From the NCBI GenBank assembly GCA_002281775.1, contig NCGY01000003.1:112696-176695 (forward strand): a stretch of DNA of 64,000 nucleotides, given 5' to 3'. The notes below the pieces were generated by a model. It was not told where the DNA came from, ran no database searches, and saw only the letters and a program-made list of their open reading frames with translations. This stretch comes from Hydrogenophilales bacterium 16-64-46 (GTDB lineage Bacteria > Pseudomonadota > Gammaproteobacteria > Burkholderiales > Thiobacillaceae). The position numbers were made by a program, and so were the translations under genes. Positions 1 through 10,663 of this stretch are shown one piece after another. Positions within the stretch are counted from its first letter, which is position 1. Each line of letters begins with the position of its first letter.

Positions 1-98
1 GAATCACGGCGACCGCCTTGGTCCGTGCTGACAACCCGGCCGGCGTGACGCCCGGTGGCTTTCCATTCTGGTCATCCGGGCTAAAGTGAAAGGAGTCC

Positions 99-344
99 AT
101 GCTCATGGAGCGCCGTATGGATAAACCGCATCTCACCCCCGCTGGCGCGAAGCTTGCGCAGTGCGCCGACGAGGACGCCTGCACGGTGACACGCTGCGAG
201 GTGTGCCTGAAGGAAGTCCCTGCGGATGCCATCGGCGTGGCCGACGCGCAGGACTACGTACACCATTTCTGCGGACTGGATTGCCTCGACATCTGGCGTC
301 ACAAGGGCGAAGCACCCGGCAAACGCAGGACGCCGAGTGGCTGA
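99..344 (+). CDS. Small Cys-rich metal-binding protein (DUF3330 / TRASH-YHS-like)
   Basis: CEVCLKE...DYVHHFCGLDC pattern; AAGGAG ribosome-binding site just upstream. Confidence 0.7.
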   Translation: MLMERRMDKPHLTPAGAKLAQCADEDACTVTRCEVCLKEVPADAIGVADAQDYVHHFCGLDCLDIWRHKGEAPGKRRTPSG

Positions 345-390
345 GCGAACCGGGTAAAATAGCGTCTTTGCCCCCACCGCAAAGACGCAT

Positions 391-3300
391 ATGTCTTCCA
401 TCGTTTCGCGCCCCGGCAGCGCCGCGCTGTCGCCCTTCCGCATCGACAAGATCCGCCAGGAGGCCGCCCGCCTGGGGGTGACGCTCGGCACCGTCGAGGC
501 CCGCTTCTGGCATTTTCTGGAAGCGGACGGTGCGCTCGATGCGGTTGCCCTGGGCCAGATCGACGCGACGCTGGCCTACGGCACGCCGATCGACGCGCCC
601 ACTGCGGAAACCGTGCAGATTGTGGTGACGCCCCGGCCGGGCACGATCTCGCCGTGGTCGTCGAAGGCGACGGACATTCTCAGGAACAGCGGCCTGGTTC
701 AGTTGAAACGCATCGAACGCGGCGTGGCATATCGGCTGCTGGATGCCGCTGGTGTGCCGCTGACGGACGCAGCGCGCGCGACGGTACTGCCGCTGCTGCA
801 CGACCGCATGATCGAAGCGGTTCTGCCCGCGCTGGACGATGCGGCAGTGCTGTTCCGTCACGTGCCGCCGCGCGAGATGACGGCGGTCGACGTGCTCGCC
901 GGCGGACCTGCCGCGCTGGTCGCCGCCAACCGTGAACTCGGTCTCGCGCTGTCGGACGACGAGGTCGATTACCTGGTTGAAAACTTCACCCGCATCGGCC
1001 GCAATCCCAGCGACGTCGAACTGATGATGTTTGCGCAGGCCAACTCGGAGCACTGCCGCCACAAGATATTCAACGCCAGCTGGGTGATCGACGGCAAGAG
1101 CGAATCGAAGACGCTCTTCGGCATGATCCGTGACACCCACGCCACGCACCCCGAGGGCACGGTGGTGGCGTATTCCGATAATTCGTCGGTGATCGAGGGC
1201 GCGGCCATCGACCGTTTCTACCCGCGTGCCGACGGCAGCTACGCCTACAGCGAAGAACTCACGCACGTGCTGATGAAGGTGGAGACGCACAACCACCCGA
1301 CGGCGATCTCGCCCTTCCCGGGTGCGGCCACCGGCAGCGGCGGCGAAATCCGCGACGAGGGTGCGACCGGCACTGGCTCCAAACCCAAGGCCGGCCTTGC
1401 CGGGTTTTCGGTATCGAACCTGAATATTCCCGGCTGCGCGCAGCCCTGGGAAACCGACCCCTACGGCAAGCCCGATCGCATCGTTACGCCGCTGGCGATC
1501 ATGCTCGAAGGCCCCATCGGCGCAGCGGCGTTCAACAACGAATTCGGCCGGCCCAACCTGGCCGGCTATTTCCGCACCTTCGAGGAGACTGTGGCCGGCG
1601 AGCGGCGCGGCTACCACAAGCCCATCATGCTGGCCGGCGGCGTCGGCAGCATCCGCGACGACCACGTGCACAAGAAAATGCTGCCGGCTGGCACGCTGCT
1701 CATCCAGCTGGGCGGCCCGGGCATGTTGATCGGCCTGGGTGGCGGCGCGGCCTCGTCGATGGATACCGGTGCCAACGCGGCCGACCTCGATTTCGACTCG
1801 GTGCAGCGCGGCAACCCGGAAATGGAACGGCGCGCGCAGGAGGTCATCGACCGCTGCTGGCAGCTGGGTGAGGACAACCCGATCTTGAGCATTCACGACG
1901 TCGGCGCGGGCGGGCTGTCCAACGCGCTGCCCGAACTGGTACACGGCGGTGGCAAGGGCGGGCGCTTCGAGCTGCGTGCCGCGCCGTCGGAAGAATCCGG
2001 CATGTCGCCACGCGAGATCTGGTGCAACGAGGCGCAGGAGCGCTACGTCCTGGCGATTCCCCCGAACCGCATCGGCGAGTTCCGCGCCATCTGCAACCGC
2101 GAGCGCTGCCCCTTTGCGGTGCTGGGCGAGGCGACTGTGGACAATCACCTGCTGGTGACCGATAGCCACTTCCAGAACGCGCCGGTGGACGTCAGCCTCG
2201 ACGTGATCCTCGGCAAGCCGCCGAAAATGACGCGCGAGGTGGCGCACACCCACGACAAACCGGCCCCGCTCATGCTTGACGGCATTCAGTTGAACGACGC
2301 CATCGAACGTGTGCTGGCGATGCCGGGTGTGGCGTCGAAGATGTTCCTGATTGCCATTGGCGACCGTAGTGTCGGCGGCCTCACCGCGCGCGACCAGTGC
2401 GTGGGACCGTGGCAGATTCCTGTAGCCGATTGCGCGATCACGCTCGCTGGTTACCGCACGCACCTTGGCGAAGTGTTTTGCATCGGCGAGAAAGCCCCGC
2501 TGGCGCTGATCGACGCGCCGGCCTCGGGGCGCATGGCCATCGCCGAGGCGATCACCAACCTCGCCGCCGCGCGCGTGGACAAGCTCTCCGATGTGAAGCT
2601 TTCCGCCAACTGGATGGCCCCGGCCGGTCACCCCGGCGAGGACGCGGCGCTGTTCGACACTGTCGCCGCCGTGTCGGCTTACTGCCAGGCGCTGGGGATC
2701 GCGATTCCGGTCGGCAAGGATTCGATGAGCATGAAGTCTGTGTGGCAGGACGGCAGTGAGAAGAAGCAGGTGACCTCGCCGGTCTCGCTGGTGATTTCCG
2801 CTTTCGCGACCACGCCGGATGCCACGTGCCAGCTCACGCCGCAACTGCGCACTGAGCTGGGCGACACCGACCTCATCCTCATTGACCTCGGGCTGGGCAA
2901 GAACCGCCTTGGCGCGTCGAGCTTTGCCCAGGCCTACAAGCAGGTGGGCGACCGCTGTCCGGATGCGCCGGAGGCGGGCGTGCTGAAGGCGTTCTTCGAT
3001 ACCGTTCAGGCGCTCCATGCCGACGGCAAGCTGCTGGCCTACCACGACCGCTCCGACGGCGGCCTCTTCGTCGCCCTCGCCGAGATGGCGTTTGCCGGTC
3101 ACTGCGGCGTCGACCTGGACGTGGACGAACTCTGCCTCGATCAGATCCGCCACGAGGTCGAAGACGAAGGCCTGCCGGAACCCGAGCTGCTGAGCGAAGG
3201 TGACGTGTCGCACCGTATCTTCAACGTCCTGTTTAACGAGGAAGCGGGCGCGGTACTACAGGTGCGGCGCAGCGACACGCAGGCGGTGATGCAGGCCTTC

Positions 3301-4347
3301 ATGGCGGCCGACCTGCGCGGCGAATTCCACGTCATCGGCCAAGCAAATGGCGACGACCGCATCCGCCTGCTGCGCGAGGGCCATGCCTTCTACGAAGCGA
3401 CGCGTGCCGACCTGCAACGCGCATGGGCGCGCACCAGTTTCGAAATGGCGAAGCTGCGTGACAATCCGGTCTGCGCCGACCAGGAATACGCGACCCACGC
3501 CGACGCAGCCGACCCCGGCCTGCGCTGTGTGCCGCGCTTTGATCCGGCCGAGGACGTCGCCGCGCCGTTCATCGCCCGTGGATCGCGTCCGCGCGTCGCC
3601 ATACTGCGCGAACAGGGCGTCAACGGCCACGTCGAGATGGCGGCGGCCTTCGACGCTGCCGGCTTTGCCGCCTTCGACGTGCACATGAGCGACATCCTCG
3701 AAGGCCGCGTGAGCCTGGGCGATTACACCGGCCTGGCCGCGTGTGGCGGCTTCAGCTACGGCGACGTACTCGGCGCGGGCGGTGGCTGGGCCAAGTCCAT
3801 CCTGTTCAACCCGCGCGCGCGCGACCAGTTCGCCGCCTTCTTCGACCGTGCCGACAGCTTCGCGCTGGGCGTGTGCAACGGTTGCCAGATGATGAGCCAG
3901 CTGCACGAGCTGATTCCCGGTGCGACCGCCTGGCCGCGCTTCGAGCGCAATCTGTCGGAGCAGTTCGAGGCGCGCTTCAGCCTGGTGGAAGTGCTCGATT
4001 CGCCCTCGCTGTTCTTCGCCGGCATGGCGGGCTCGGTGATGCCCATCGTCGTCTCGCACGGCGAGGGCAGGGTGGCGTTCCGCGACCCGGCCCACGCCGC
4101 GCAGGCGGTTTCGACGCTGCGCTACGTCGACCATCGCGGTGTGCCGACCGAAACCTATCCCATGAATCCCAACGGCTCTGCCGGCGGGCTCACCGGCTTC
4201 ACCACCGACGACGGCCGCTTCAGCATCCTGATGCCGCACCCCGAGCGCGTGGTGCGCGCGGTGCAGATGTCGTGGAAGCCCGACGCCCTGACCGGCGACA
4301 GCCCGTGGCTGCGCATGTTCCGCAACGCGCGGCGCGCGGTTGGGTGA
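391..4347 (+). CDS. purL: Phosphoribosylformylglycinamidine synthase (large type)
   Basis: 1318 aa; [51 protein letters not shown]. Confidence 0.98.
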   Translation: MSSIVSRPGSAALSPFRIDKIRQEAARLGVTLGTVEARFWHFLEADGALDAVALGQIDATLAYGTPIDAPTAETVQIVVTPRPGTISPWSSKATDILRNSGLVQLKRIERGVAYRLLDAAGVPLTDAARATVLPLLHDRMIEAVLPALDDAAVLFRHVPPREMTAVDVLAGGPAALVAANRELGLALSDDEVDYLVENFTRIGRNPSDVELMMFAQANSEHCRHKIFNASWVIDGKSESKTLFGMIRDTHATHPEGTVVAYSDNSSVIEGAAIDRFYPRADGSYAYSEELTHVLMKVETHNHPTAISPFPGAATGSGGEIRDEGATGTGSKPKAGLAGFSVSNLNIPGCAQPWETDPYGKPDRIVTPLAIMLEGPIGAAAFNNEFGRPNLAGYFRTFEETVAGERRGYHKPIMLAGGVGSIRDDHVHKKMLPAGTLLIQLGGPGMLIGLGGGAASSMDTGANAADLDFDSVQRGNPEMERRAQEVIDRCWQLGEDNPILSIHDVGAGGLSNALPELVHGGGKGGRFELRAAPSEESGMSPREIWCNEAQERYVLAIPPNRIGEFRAICNRERCPFAVLGEATVDNHLLVTDSHFQNAPVDVSLDVILGKPPKMTREVAHTHDKPAPLMLDGIQLNDAIERVLAMPGVASKMFLIAIGDRSVGGLTARDQCVGPWQIPVADCAITLAGYRTHLGEVFCIGEKAPLALIDAPASGRMAIAEAITNLAAARVDKLSDVKLSANWMAPAGHPGEDAALFDTVAAVSAYCQALGIAIPVGKDSMSMKSVWQDGSEKKQVTSPVSLVISAFATTPDATCQLTPQLRTELGDTDLILIDLGLGKNRLGASSFAQAYKQVGDRCPDAPEAGVLKAFFDTVQALHADGKLLAYHDRSDGGLFVALAEMAFAGHCGVDLDVDELCLDQIRHEVEDEGLPEPELLSEGDVSHRIFNVLFNEEAGAVLQVRRSDTQAVMQAFMAADLRGEFHVIGQANGDDRIRLLREGHAFYEATRADLQRAWARTSFEMAKLRDNPVCADQEYATHADAADPGLRCVPRFDPAEDVAAPFIARGSRPRVAILREQGVNGHVEMAAAFDAAGFAAFDVHMSDILEGRVSLGDYTGLAACGGFSYGDVLGAGGGWAKSILFNPRARDQFAAFFDRADSFALGVCNGCQMMSQLHELIPGATAWPRFERNLSEQFEARFSLVEVLDSPSLFFAGMAGSVMPIVVSHGEGRVAFRDPAHAAQAVSTLRYVDHRGVPTETYPMNPNGSAGGLTGFTTDDGRFSILMPHPERVVRAVQMSWKPDALTGDSPWLRMFRNARRAVG

Positions 4348-4414
4348 TGCGGACGGCTATGCGAAAATACATCCCTCCGTCGAAACACCGCGTGCCGCCA
4401 GCCCGCCGCCTGCC

Positions 4415-7234
4415 ATGAACGCACCGACCCATCTCCTCACCGACGACCATCTGCGCGCGCAGGTCAAGCTTCTGGGCACGCTGCTCGGGCAGGTGTTGCT
4501 CCAGTTCGCGGGCGAGGATGTGTTCGACACCGTCGAAACCCTGCGTCGCGGCTTTGCCGAATTGCACCAGCAGGAAGACCAGGCGCGCCGCACCGAGCTG
4601 ATGGCGCTGATCGACGACCTGCCGCCGGAAAAAATCGAACTCGTGGTGCGGGGCTTCACCAGCTATTTCATGCTGGTGAACGTGGCGGAAGAGAGTTTTG
4701 CGCACCGCAATCGCCGCCGCATGCTGTCGCACGGCATGTCCTTGTGGGAAGGCTCATTCGACCGCACCGTCGGCGAACTGAAGACGCAAGGCCTCACCGC
4801 ATCGGCGTTCCAGGACATGGTGAACCGCCTGCACTTTGCGCCGGTGTTCACCGCGCACCCCACCGAGGCCCGTCGCCGCGCGGTGATGGAAGGCATGCGC
4901 CGTGTGTTCCTCATTTGTGATCAGCTCTACAGCCCGACCCTGGGCGTGAACGATCAGCGCGAACTGGAAACCCAGCTTGCAGCTGAAATCCAGACGATGT
5001 GGCGTACCGACGAGTTGCGCGCCGCCAAGCTGGAGGTGCGCGATGAAGTGCGCAATGGCCTCTACTACGTGCGCGAAAGCCTGTTCGAGGCCGTGCCCAG
5101 GGCCTACCAGTATTTCGAGAAAGCCCTGCGTCGTCACTATGGCGTGAGCGCCAACGGTGCCTCGCCGGTCACCGTGCCCAGCTTCATCCGCTTTGGTTCG
5201 TGGATAGGCGGCGACCGCGACGGCAACCCTTTCGTAACCGCCGATGTGACCGAATGGACGGTCTACACCCAGATGCAGGCCGCGCTCGACGAATATCGCG
5301 TGCGCGTGCTCGACCTGCGGCAGACGCTCACCCACAGCAGCGGCTGGTGCAAGCCGTCCGACGCCTTCCTCGAACGGCTGGCCGAATGCGAAAGCGAATA
5401 CGGCGAGCGGGTGTTCCGGGGCACCGCCGCACAAATTTACGTGCGCGAGCCCTATCGCCGCATGGCCGCGATCATGCTGGCTCGGCTGGACGCCAACCTG
5501 TCGTATGTGCACCAGGCGCTGGCGGATGTGCCGAGCTTCAAGCCGCATCTGGCCTACGACAACGCCAGCGTGTTTCTCGACGACCTGAGGCTGCTGCGCG
5601 ATTCGCTCATCAGCCACGGCGACCGGGTGGTGGCGATGCAGGGACTGCAATCGCTGATCCGTCTGGTGGAAAGCTTCGGTTTCCACCTGCTGCAGCTCGA
5701 CATCCGCCAGGAGTCCACCGTACATACCCGCACCGTGGCGTCGGTGCTGCAACAGATCGACCCGGATTTCGATTACGCCGCCGCCGACGAAGCCAGCCGG
5801 TTGACCCGGCTGGCCGCCTGGATCGGCCACATCGACCCGATCCCCGTCAACGACGCGGTGCTCGACGAAGAGGCACGCGAGGCGCTGGCGGTGTTCCGCC
5901 GCATGGCCAAGCTCTCTGCAGAAGTCGGCGACGAGTTGTTCGGTGCCTACGTGATTTCGATGACGCACAGTGCCAGCCACGTCATGGAAGTGATGCTGCT
6001 GGCGCGCCTGGTCGGGCTGGCGGGCCACACCGGCAGCGAATGGTTCTGCCGCATCCTGGTGGCACCGCTGTTCGAGACGGTGGAAGACCTGCAGCACAGC
6101 GAGGACATCCTCGACGACCTGCTGTCGAACCCGGTCTACCGGGCGCTCATCGCCGCCAACGGCAACCGCCAGGAAGTGATGCTCGGCTATTCCGACTCGT
6201 GCAAGGACGGCGGCATCCTCGCCTCCAACTGGAACCTCTATCAGGCCCAGCTCTCGATCATTGCGCTGACGCAGCATCATGGCGTCGAATGCCGCCTGTT
6301 CCATGGTCGCGGCGGTACGGTCGGGCGGGGCGGCGGCCCCACCCACGAAGCCATCCTGTCGCAGCCGCCCGGCACGGTCAATGGCGAAATCAAGTTCACC
6401 GAGCAGGGCGAGATGCTGTACTACAAGTACAGCAACCCGGAAACCGCCACTTATGAAATCGGTATGGGCGTCACCGGCCTGCTCAAGGCCAGCGCCACCG
6501 CGCTGGCCCACAGCGACGTGCGCTATCCGCAGGAATACCTCGACCGCATGCGCGACATCGCCGCAGCCGGTGAGTCTGCGTACCGTGCGCTGATCGGCAC
6601 CGAAGGCTTCATCGACTACTTCTACGAAAGCACGCCGGTCGCGGAAATCGGCACGCTCAACATCGGCAGCCGGCCGTCGCACCGCAAGAAAGCCGACCGT
6701 TCGCTGGGATCGATCCGTGCGATTCCCTGGGTGTTCGGCTGGTCGCAGTCGCGCCACACGCTGCCAGCGTGGTACGGCATCGGCAGCGCGCTGCGGCATT
6801 ATCAGGACGGCAGCGAACACGGCCTCGATCATCTGCGCGAGATGTACCGTGAGTGGCCGTTCTTCCGCGGGCTGCTCTCCAACGTGCAGATGGCCCTGAC
6901 CAAGGCGGACATCGAAATCGCCGAGGAATACGCGCGGCTGTGCGAGCACCCCAACGCCATGGGCGTGTACCGCGCCATTGCCGACGAATTCGCGCTCACC
7001 GTGGACAACGTCAAGCGCATCGCCGGCATCGAATCGCTACTGGAAGACAACCCGGCGCTGTCTCTGTCGATCTCGCGCCGCCGGCCCTACATCGACCCGA
7101 TCAACCATATCCAGGTGCGCATGCTCAAGCGCTACCGCACCGGTACGGTGTGGGAAGCCGAGCATGACACCTGGCTCACGCCGCTCAAGCGTTCCATCAA
7201 CGCCATCGCAGCCGGGATGCGCAACACCGGATGA
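4415..7234 (+). CDS. ppc: Phosphoenolpyruvate carboxylase
   Basis: VFTAHPTE, GSWIGGDRDGNP, QEVMLGYSDSCKDGG, FHGRGGTVGRGG, RAIPWVFGW; start taken at MNAPTH. Confidence 0.97.
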   Translation: MNAPTHLLTDDHLRAQVKLLGTLLGQVLLQFAGEDVFDTVETLRRGFAELHQQEDQARRTELMALIDDLPPEKIELVVRGFTSYFMLVNVAEESFAHRNRRRMLSHGMSLWEGSFDRTVGELKTQGLTASAFQDMVNRLHFAPVFTAHPTEARRRAVMEGMRRVFLICDQLYSPTLGVNDQRELETQLAAEIQTMWRTDELRAAKLEVRDEVRNGLYYVRESLFEAVPRAYQYFEKALRRHYGVSANGASPVTVPSFIRFGSWIGGDRDGNPFVTADVTEWTVYTQMQAALDEYRVRVLDLRQTLTHSSGWCKPSDAFLERLAECESEYGERVFRGTAAQIYVREPYRRMAAIMLARLDANLSYVHQALADVPSFKPHLAYDNASVFLDDLRLLRDSLISHGDRVVAMQGLQSLIRLVESFGFHLLQLDIRQESTVHTRTVASVLQQIDPDFDYAAADEASRLTRLAAWIGHIDPIPVNDAVLDEEAREALAVFRRMAKLSAEVGDELFGAYVISMTHSASHVMEVMLLARLVGLAGHTGSEWFCRILVAPLFETVEDLQHSEDILDDLLSNPVYRALIAANGNRQEVMLGYSDSCKDGGILASNWNLYQAQLSIIALTQHHGVECRLFHGRGGTVGRGGGPTHEAILSQPPGTVNGEIKFTEQGEMLYYKYSNPETATYEIGMGVTGLLKASATALAHSDVRYPQEYLDRMRDIAAAGESAYRALIGTEGFIDYFYESTPVAEIGTLNIGSRPSHRKKADRSLGSIRAIPWVFGWSQSRHTLPAWYGIGSALRHYQDGSEHGLDHLREMYREWPFFRGLLSNVQMALTKADIEIAEEYARLCEHPNAMGVYRAIADEFALTVDNVKRIAGIESLLEDNPALSLSISRRRPYIDPINHIQVRMLKRYRTGTVWEAEHDTWLTPLKRSINAIAAGMRNTG

Positions 7235-7791
7235 GCGCGCCGGTCGCGTCCGTGCCGCGCCGGCGCGGCCTGGTGGCCGCGCTGCTGGCGGCGGCCCTGC
7301 TGTTCGTGGTGGCCTGCGGCCTGGCGCTGTATGCCTTCATGCTCAATGTCGACCTCGACGAAGTGAAGCGCCGCCTGTCGCGCGAAGTCGAGGCGCGCAC
7401 GCTGTCCGAACGCTATCTCACCGAAACCCGCAACCAGCTCCTTGCCAGCCAGCGTGAGATCGAACAATTGCGCCAGCAAATCGCATTCAAGGAATCCGAT
7501 TACCAGACGGTGATCTCGGCCAAGCCGTCGCTGCCCGTGGTGGTCAATTTCCGTGAGTCCATGCTGGGAAGGGGCCTCGTTGCCGTCATCCGCAACAACA
7601 GCGACCGCTATCTCACCGTGATGCTGTCGGTGCGCAATCCCACGCTGTCCACGGTCAAGCGCTTCAAGCTCGACCTGGAGCCGCAGACCAGCACCGATTT
7701 CGGCCATCTCGAAGGCTGGCAATTTTCCTCCGGTGACGAATTCGCGCTGTTCAACGACGACTTCGCCGCGTTGCGGCTCTCCGTGCCCTGA
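7231..7791 (+). CDS. Hypothetical membrane-anchored protein
   Basis: N-terminal hydrophobic helix, coiled-coil-like middle, beta-rich C-terminus; ATGA overlap with ppc stop. Confidence 0.7.
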   Translation: MSAPVASVPRRRGLVAALLAAALLFVVACGLALYAFMLNVDLDEVKRRLSREVEARTLSERYLTETRNQLLASQREIEQLRQQIAFKESDYQTVISAKPSLPVVVNFRESMLGRGLVAVIRNNSDRYLTVMLSVRNPTLSTVKRFKLDLEPQTSTDFGHLEGWQFSSGDEFALFNDDFAALRLSVP

Positions 7792-7828
7792 CACAGGGCT
7801 GGATTTTTTCCCGTGGCTGTGCTTATAT

Positions 7829-7844
7829 AAGATATAAATATCTT
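7829..7844. promoter_or_regulatory. Palindrome upstream of hemN, possible operator
   Basis: AAGATAT-AA-ATATCTT within an AT-rich patch 14 bp before the hemN ATG. Confidence 0.35.
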
Positions 7845-7857
7845 CATAGTTGGCGAT

Positions 7858-9228
7858 ATGGCGACGACGACACTCGACCTGCTGCGCAAATACAGCGTGC
7901 CCGGCCCACGCTATACCTCGTATCCCACTGCGCCGTATTTCCACTCCGGCTTCGGCGAGGCCGACTGGATCGACGCGCTGGCTCAGCCTGCGCCCGATCG
8001 CGGCCTGTCGCTCTACACCCACATCCCGTTCTGCGATTCGCTCTGCTATTACTGCGGCTGCAACATGGTCGCCACCCGCGACTACGGCAAGACGCGGCCC
8101 TACCTTGCCGCGCTCGAGCGCGAAATGGCGACGGCCGCCGCGCGCGTCGACCCGGCGCGTGCCGCCCATCAACTGCACTGGGGCGGCGGCACGCCCACCT
8201 ACCTGAGCCCGGACGACATCCGCGCGCTCATGGCCATGACGCGGCGGCATTTCCGACTCGCCGACCACGCCGAGATCAGCTGCGAGGTCGACCCGCGCGA
8301 GCTCAGTCGCGCGCACCTCGAAGCCCTGCGCGAATCGGGCTTCAACCGCGTGTCCTTCGGCGTGCAGGACATGGACCCGGCGGTGCAGCAGGCGGTCAAC
8401 CGTATCCAGTCGGCCGACCTCATCCGGCAGGTGCTCGACTGGTCGCGCGAACTCGGCTTTGAAAGCATCAACCTCGACCTCATCGTCGGCTTGCCGAAGC
8501 AGACTCCGGAGAGCTTCCGTCACACCCTCGACCAGGTCGCCGCCTGGGCACCCGACCGCGTGGCCGTGTTCGCCTACGCCCATGTACCGTGGATGAAAAA
8601 ACACCAGCGCCTGATCCGCGAGGCCGACCTGCCTGATCTGAGCGCGAAGCTCGCGCTGCAGGAAGCCGTGGAATCGCGGCTGAGCGAGGCCGGCTACGTG
8701 AACATCGGGCTCGACCATTTCGCCCGCCCCGAAGACGAACTGGTGCGCGCGCAGCGGAACAAGACGCTGTGGCGCAACTTCCAGGGCTACACCACGCACA
8801 AAGACAGCGACATCCTCGCCTTCGGCGCGTCCAGCATCAGCCAGACAGCCGACGCCTACATGCAGAACGAAAAGACCCTCAAGCGTTACCAGGACCGCAT
8901 CGGCGACACCGGGCTGGCCGTCGAGCGCGGCGTGCGCCTGACCCGAGATGACCAGATCCGTCGCGACGCCATCACCCGCGTGATGTGCGACCTGGCACTC
9001 GATTTCAGCGCATTCGAGGCCGCATGGTCGGTCGATTTCGCCCGCTATTTCGAATCGGCACTCGCCGGCCTGCGGCCGCTGGCCGACGACGGCCTGGTCG
9101 AGATCGGCACCGGCAGCCTCAAGGTCACCGAAACCGGCCGGCGCTTCCTGCGCAACATCGGCATGTGTTTCGACGCTTACCTGAAGGACGCGGCAGGCGA
9201 GCAGCCACGTTATTCGAAGACCGCCTGA
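7858..9228 (+). CDS. hemN: Oxygen-independent coproporphyrinogen III oxidase
   Basis: GPRYTSYPTA, radical SAM motif HIPFCDSLCYYCGC, IGLDHFA, RNFQGYTT. Confidence 0.97.
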   Translation: MATTTLDLLRKYSVPGPRYTSYPTAPYFHSGFGEADWIDALAQPAPDRGLSLYTHIPFCDSLCYYCGCNMVATRDYGKTRPYLAALEREMATAAARVDPARAAHQLHWGGGTPTYLSPDDIRALMAMTRRHFRLADHAEISCEVDPRELSRAHLEALRESGFNRVSFGVQDMDPAVQQAVNRIQSADLIRQVLDWSRELGFESINLDLIVGLPKQTPESFRHTLDQVAAWAPDRVAVFAYAHVPWMKKHQRLIREADLPDLSAKLALQEAVESRLSEAGYVNIGLDHFARPEDELVRAQRNKTLWRNFQGYTTHKDSDILAFGASSISQTADAYMQNEKTLKRYQDRIGDTGLAVERGVRLTRDDQIRRDAITRVMCDLALDFSAFEAAWSVDFARYFESALAGLRPLADDGLVEIGTGSLKVTETGRRFLRNIGMCFDAYLKDAAGEQPRYSKTA

Positions 9229-9235
9229 GTCCGGC

Positions 9236-9802
9236 TCAGGCGCGCAGCGCGCGTGTCGTGCGCACCAGCTCGTCGAGCAGGCCGTGCAGGCGCGCGGGCG
9301 ATTTCAGCGCGCCGTTTTCAGGGTCGAAGGCTTCCTCTGCGTTGGCCAGTGAAAACTGGCCGGGCAGGGTGTGCACGCCGAGCGCGTTGAGCACCTGCCG
9401 CAGATGCGGCAGCATCCGCATGCCGCCGAGGCTGCCGGGCGATGCGCCCATGATGGCGGCCACCTTGCCCTGGTAGGGGACCAGCCCAGATTCGCCCTGC
9501 CATTCGCGCGACACCCAGTCGAGGGTGTTCTTCAGCAGCGGCGGAATCGAGCTGTTGTATTCCGGACTGGCGATCACGAGCGCGTCGTGGGCCTTGAACA
9601 GGGCTTTCAGACGCTGGGCGTTGGCGGGCAGGCCCTCGCGCGCTTCCAGGTCTTCATCCATCAGCGGCAGGGGGTAGTCGGCCAGTTCGATGAGCGTGAC
9701 CTCGGCGCCGGCGGCGCGCGTGGCGTCGGCGGCCGTGCGGATCAGCTTGCGGTTCCAGGAATCGGCGCGGGCGCTGCCGGCAAAGGCAAGAATCTTGGGC
9801 AT
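9236..9802 (-). CDS. NADPH-dependent FMN reductase (flavodoxin-like)
   Basis: GSARADSWN, ASPEYNSSIPPLLKNTLDWVSR. Confidence 0.92.
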   Translation of the reverse strand: MPKILAFAGSARADSWNRKLIRTAADATRAAGAEVTLIELADYPLPLMDEDLEAREGLPANAQRLKALFKAHDALVIASPEYNSSIPPLLKNTLDWVSREWQGESGLVPYQGKVAAIMGASPGSLGGMRMLPHLRQVLNALGVHTLPGQFSLANAEEAFDPENGALKSPARLHGLLDELVRTTRALRA

Positions 9803-9840
9803 GAAGTAACACTCCTGTTGTGCGTGGTGGATTGATTGAT

Positions 9841-10539
9841 TCAGGCGAGGTCGAAGCTCACCACTTCGCTGGCTTCGATCGCTTCGATCTCGACTTCGGT
9901 TTCGTGACGGATGGCAACTGCGTCGCCGGCTTCCAGCGGCAAGCCCCGGACTTTAACCCGTCCCGTGGCGATATGCAGCCAGGCGCGCCGCCCTGGGGCG
10001 AGCGTGAGCGTGACTTTTTCACCCGGTTGCAGGCGGCCGGCGCGCATGGCGGCGTCCTGATGGATCGTCACCGAGCCTTCGCGGCCGTCGTTCGAGGCAA
10101 TCAGCCGCAACTGGCCCGCGAGACTCTCCGGCGCGAAGGCAAGCTGTTCATAGCCGGGTTCGAGGCCGTACGCGTCGGGTTCGATCCAGATCTGCAACAG
10201 GTGCACGGGCTCGGTCGCCGAGGCGTTGTATTCGCTGTGCGCGATGCCGTGGCCGGCGCGCATGCGCTGCGCGTCGCCGGGGCGGATCACCCCGCCGTTG
10301 CCGAGCGAATCCTTGTGTTCCAGACTGCCTTCCAGCACCCAGGTGACGATTTCCATGTCGTTGTGGCTGTGGGTGGGAAAACCCGCGCCGGGGGCGATGC
10401 GGTCGTCGTTGATGACGCGCAGCGGGCCAAAGCCCATCCACGCCGGATCGCGATAGCCGGCGAATGAAAAGGTGTGATAACTGTCGAGCCAGCCATGGTT
10501 GGCGTGGCCACGCTCGTGAGATTTGCGGACGGTCAGCAT
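9841..10539 (-). CDS. Pirin family protein (YhhW/YhaK-like)
   Basis: GWLDSYHTFSF, HSHNDMEIVT, HSEYN, LLQIWI; start at MLTVRKS. Confidence 0.93.
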   Translation of the reverse strand: MLTVRKSHERGHANHGWLDSYHTFSFAGYRDPAWMGFGPLRVINDDRIAPGAGFPTHSHNDMEIVTWVLEGSLEHKDSLGNGGVIRPGDAQRMRAGHGIAHSEYNASATEPVHLLQIWIEPDAYGLEPGYEQLAFAPESLAGQLRLIASNDGREGSVTIHQDAAMRAGRLQPGEKVTLTLAPGRRAWLHIATGRVKVRGLPLEAGDAVAIRHETEVEIEAIEASEVVSFDLA

Positions 10540-10663
10540 GAGGTTTCTCCTGGTTTGTTCATGGGGTGATTGCACTATAGGCTTGGCTTCTCGCCGGTAT
10601 AAGCGGCACAATTCGATCAACTCGTTCAGTCTTTTTGAATATGAAATGCACGCCGGGCCGACC

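Noticed and set aside
133-3213. 1026-aa minus-strand ORF and many other long overlapping ORFs (e.g. 4754-6949, 13113-15407, 15724-17916, 45845-47119)
   Set aside because: Antisense or alternate-frame shadows of well-supported genes in GC-rich DNA; no recognisable motifs
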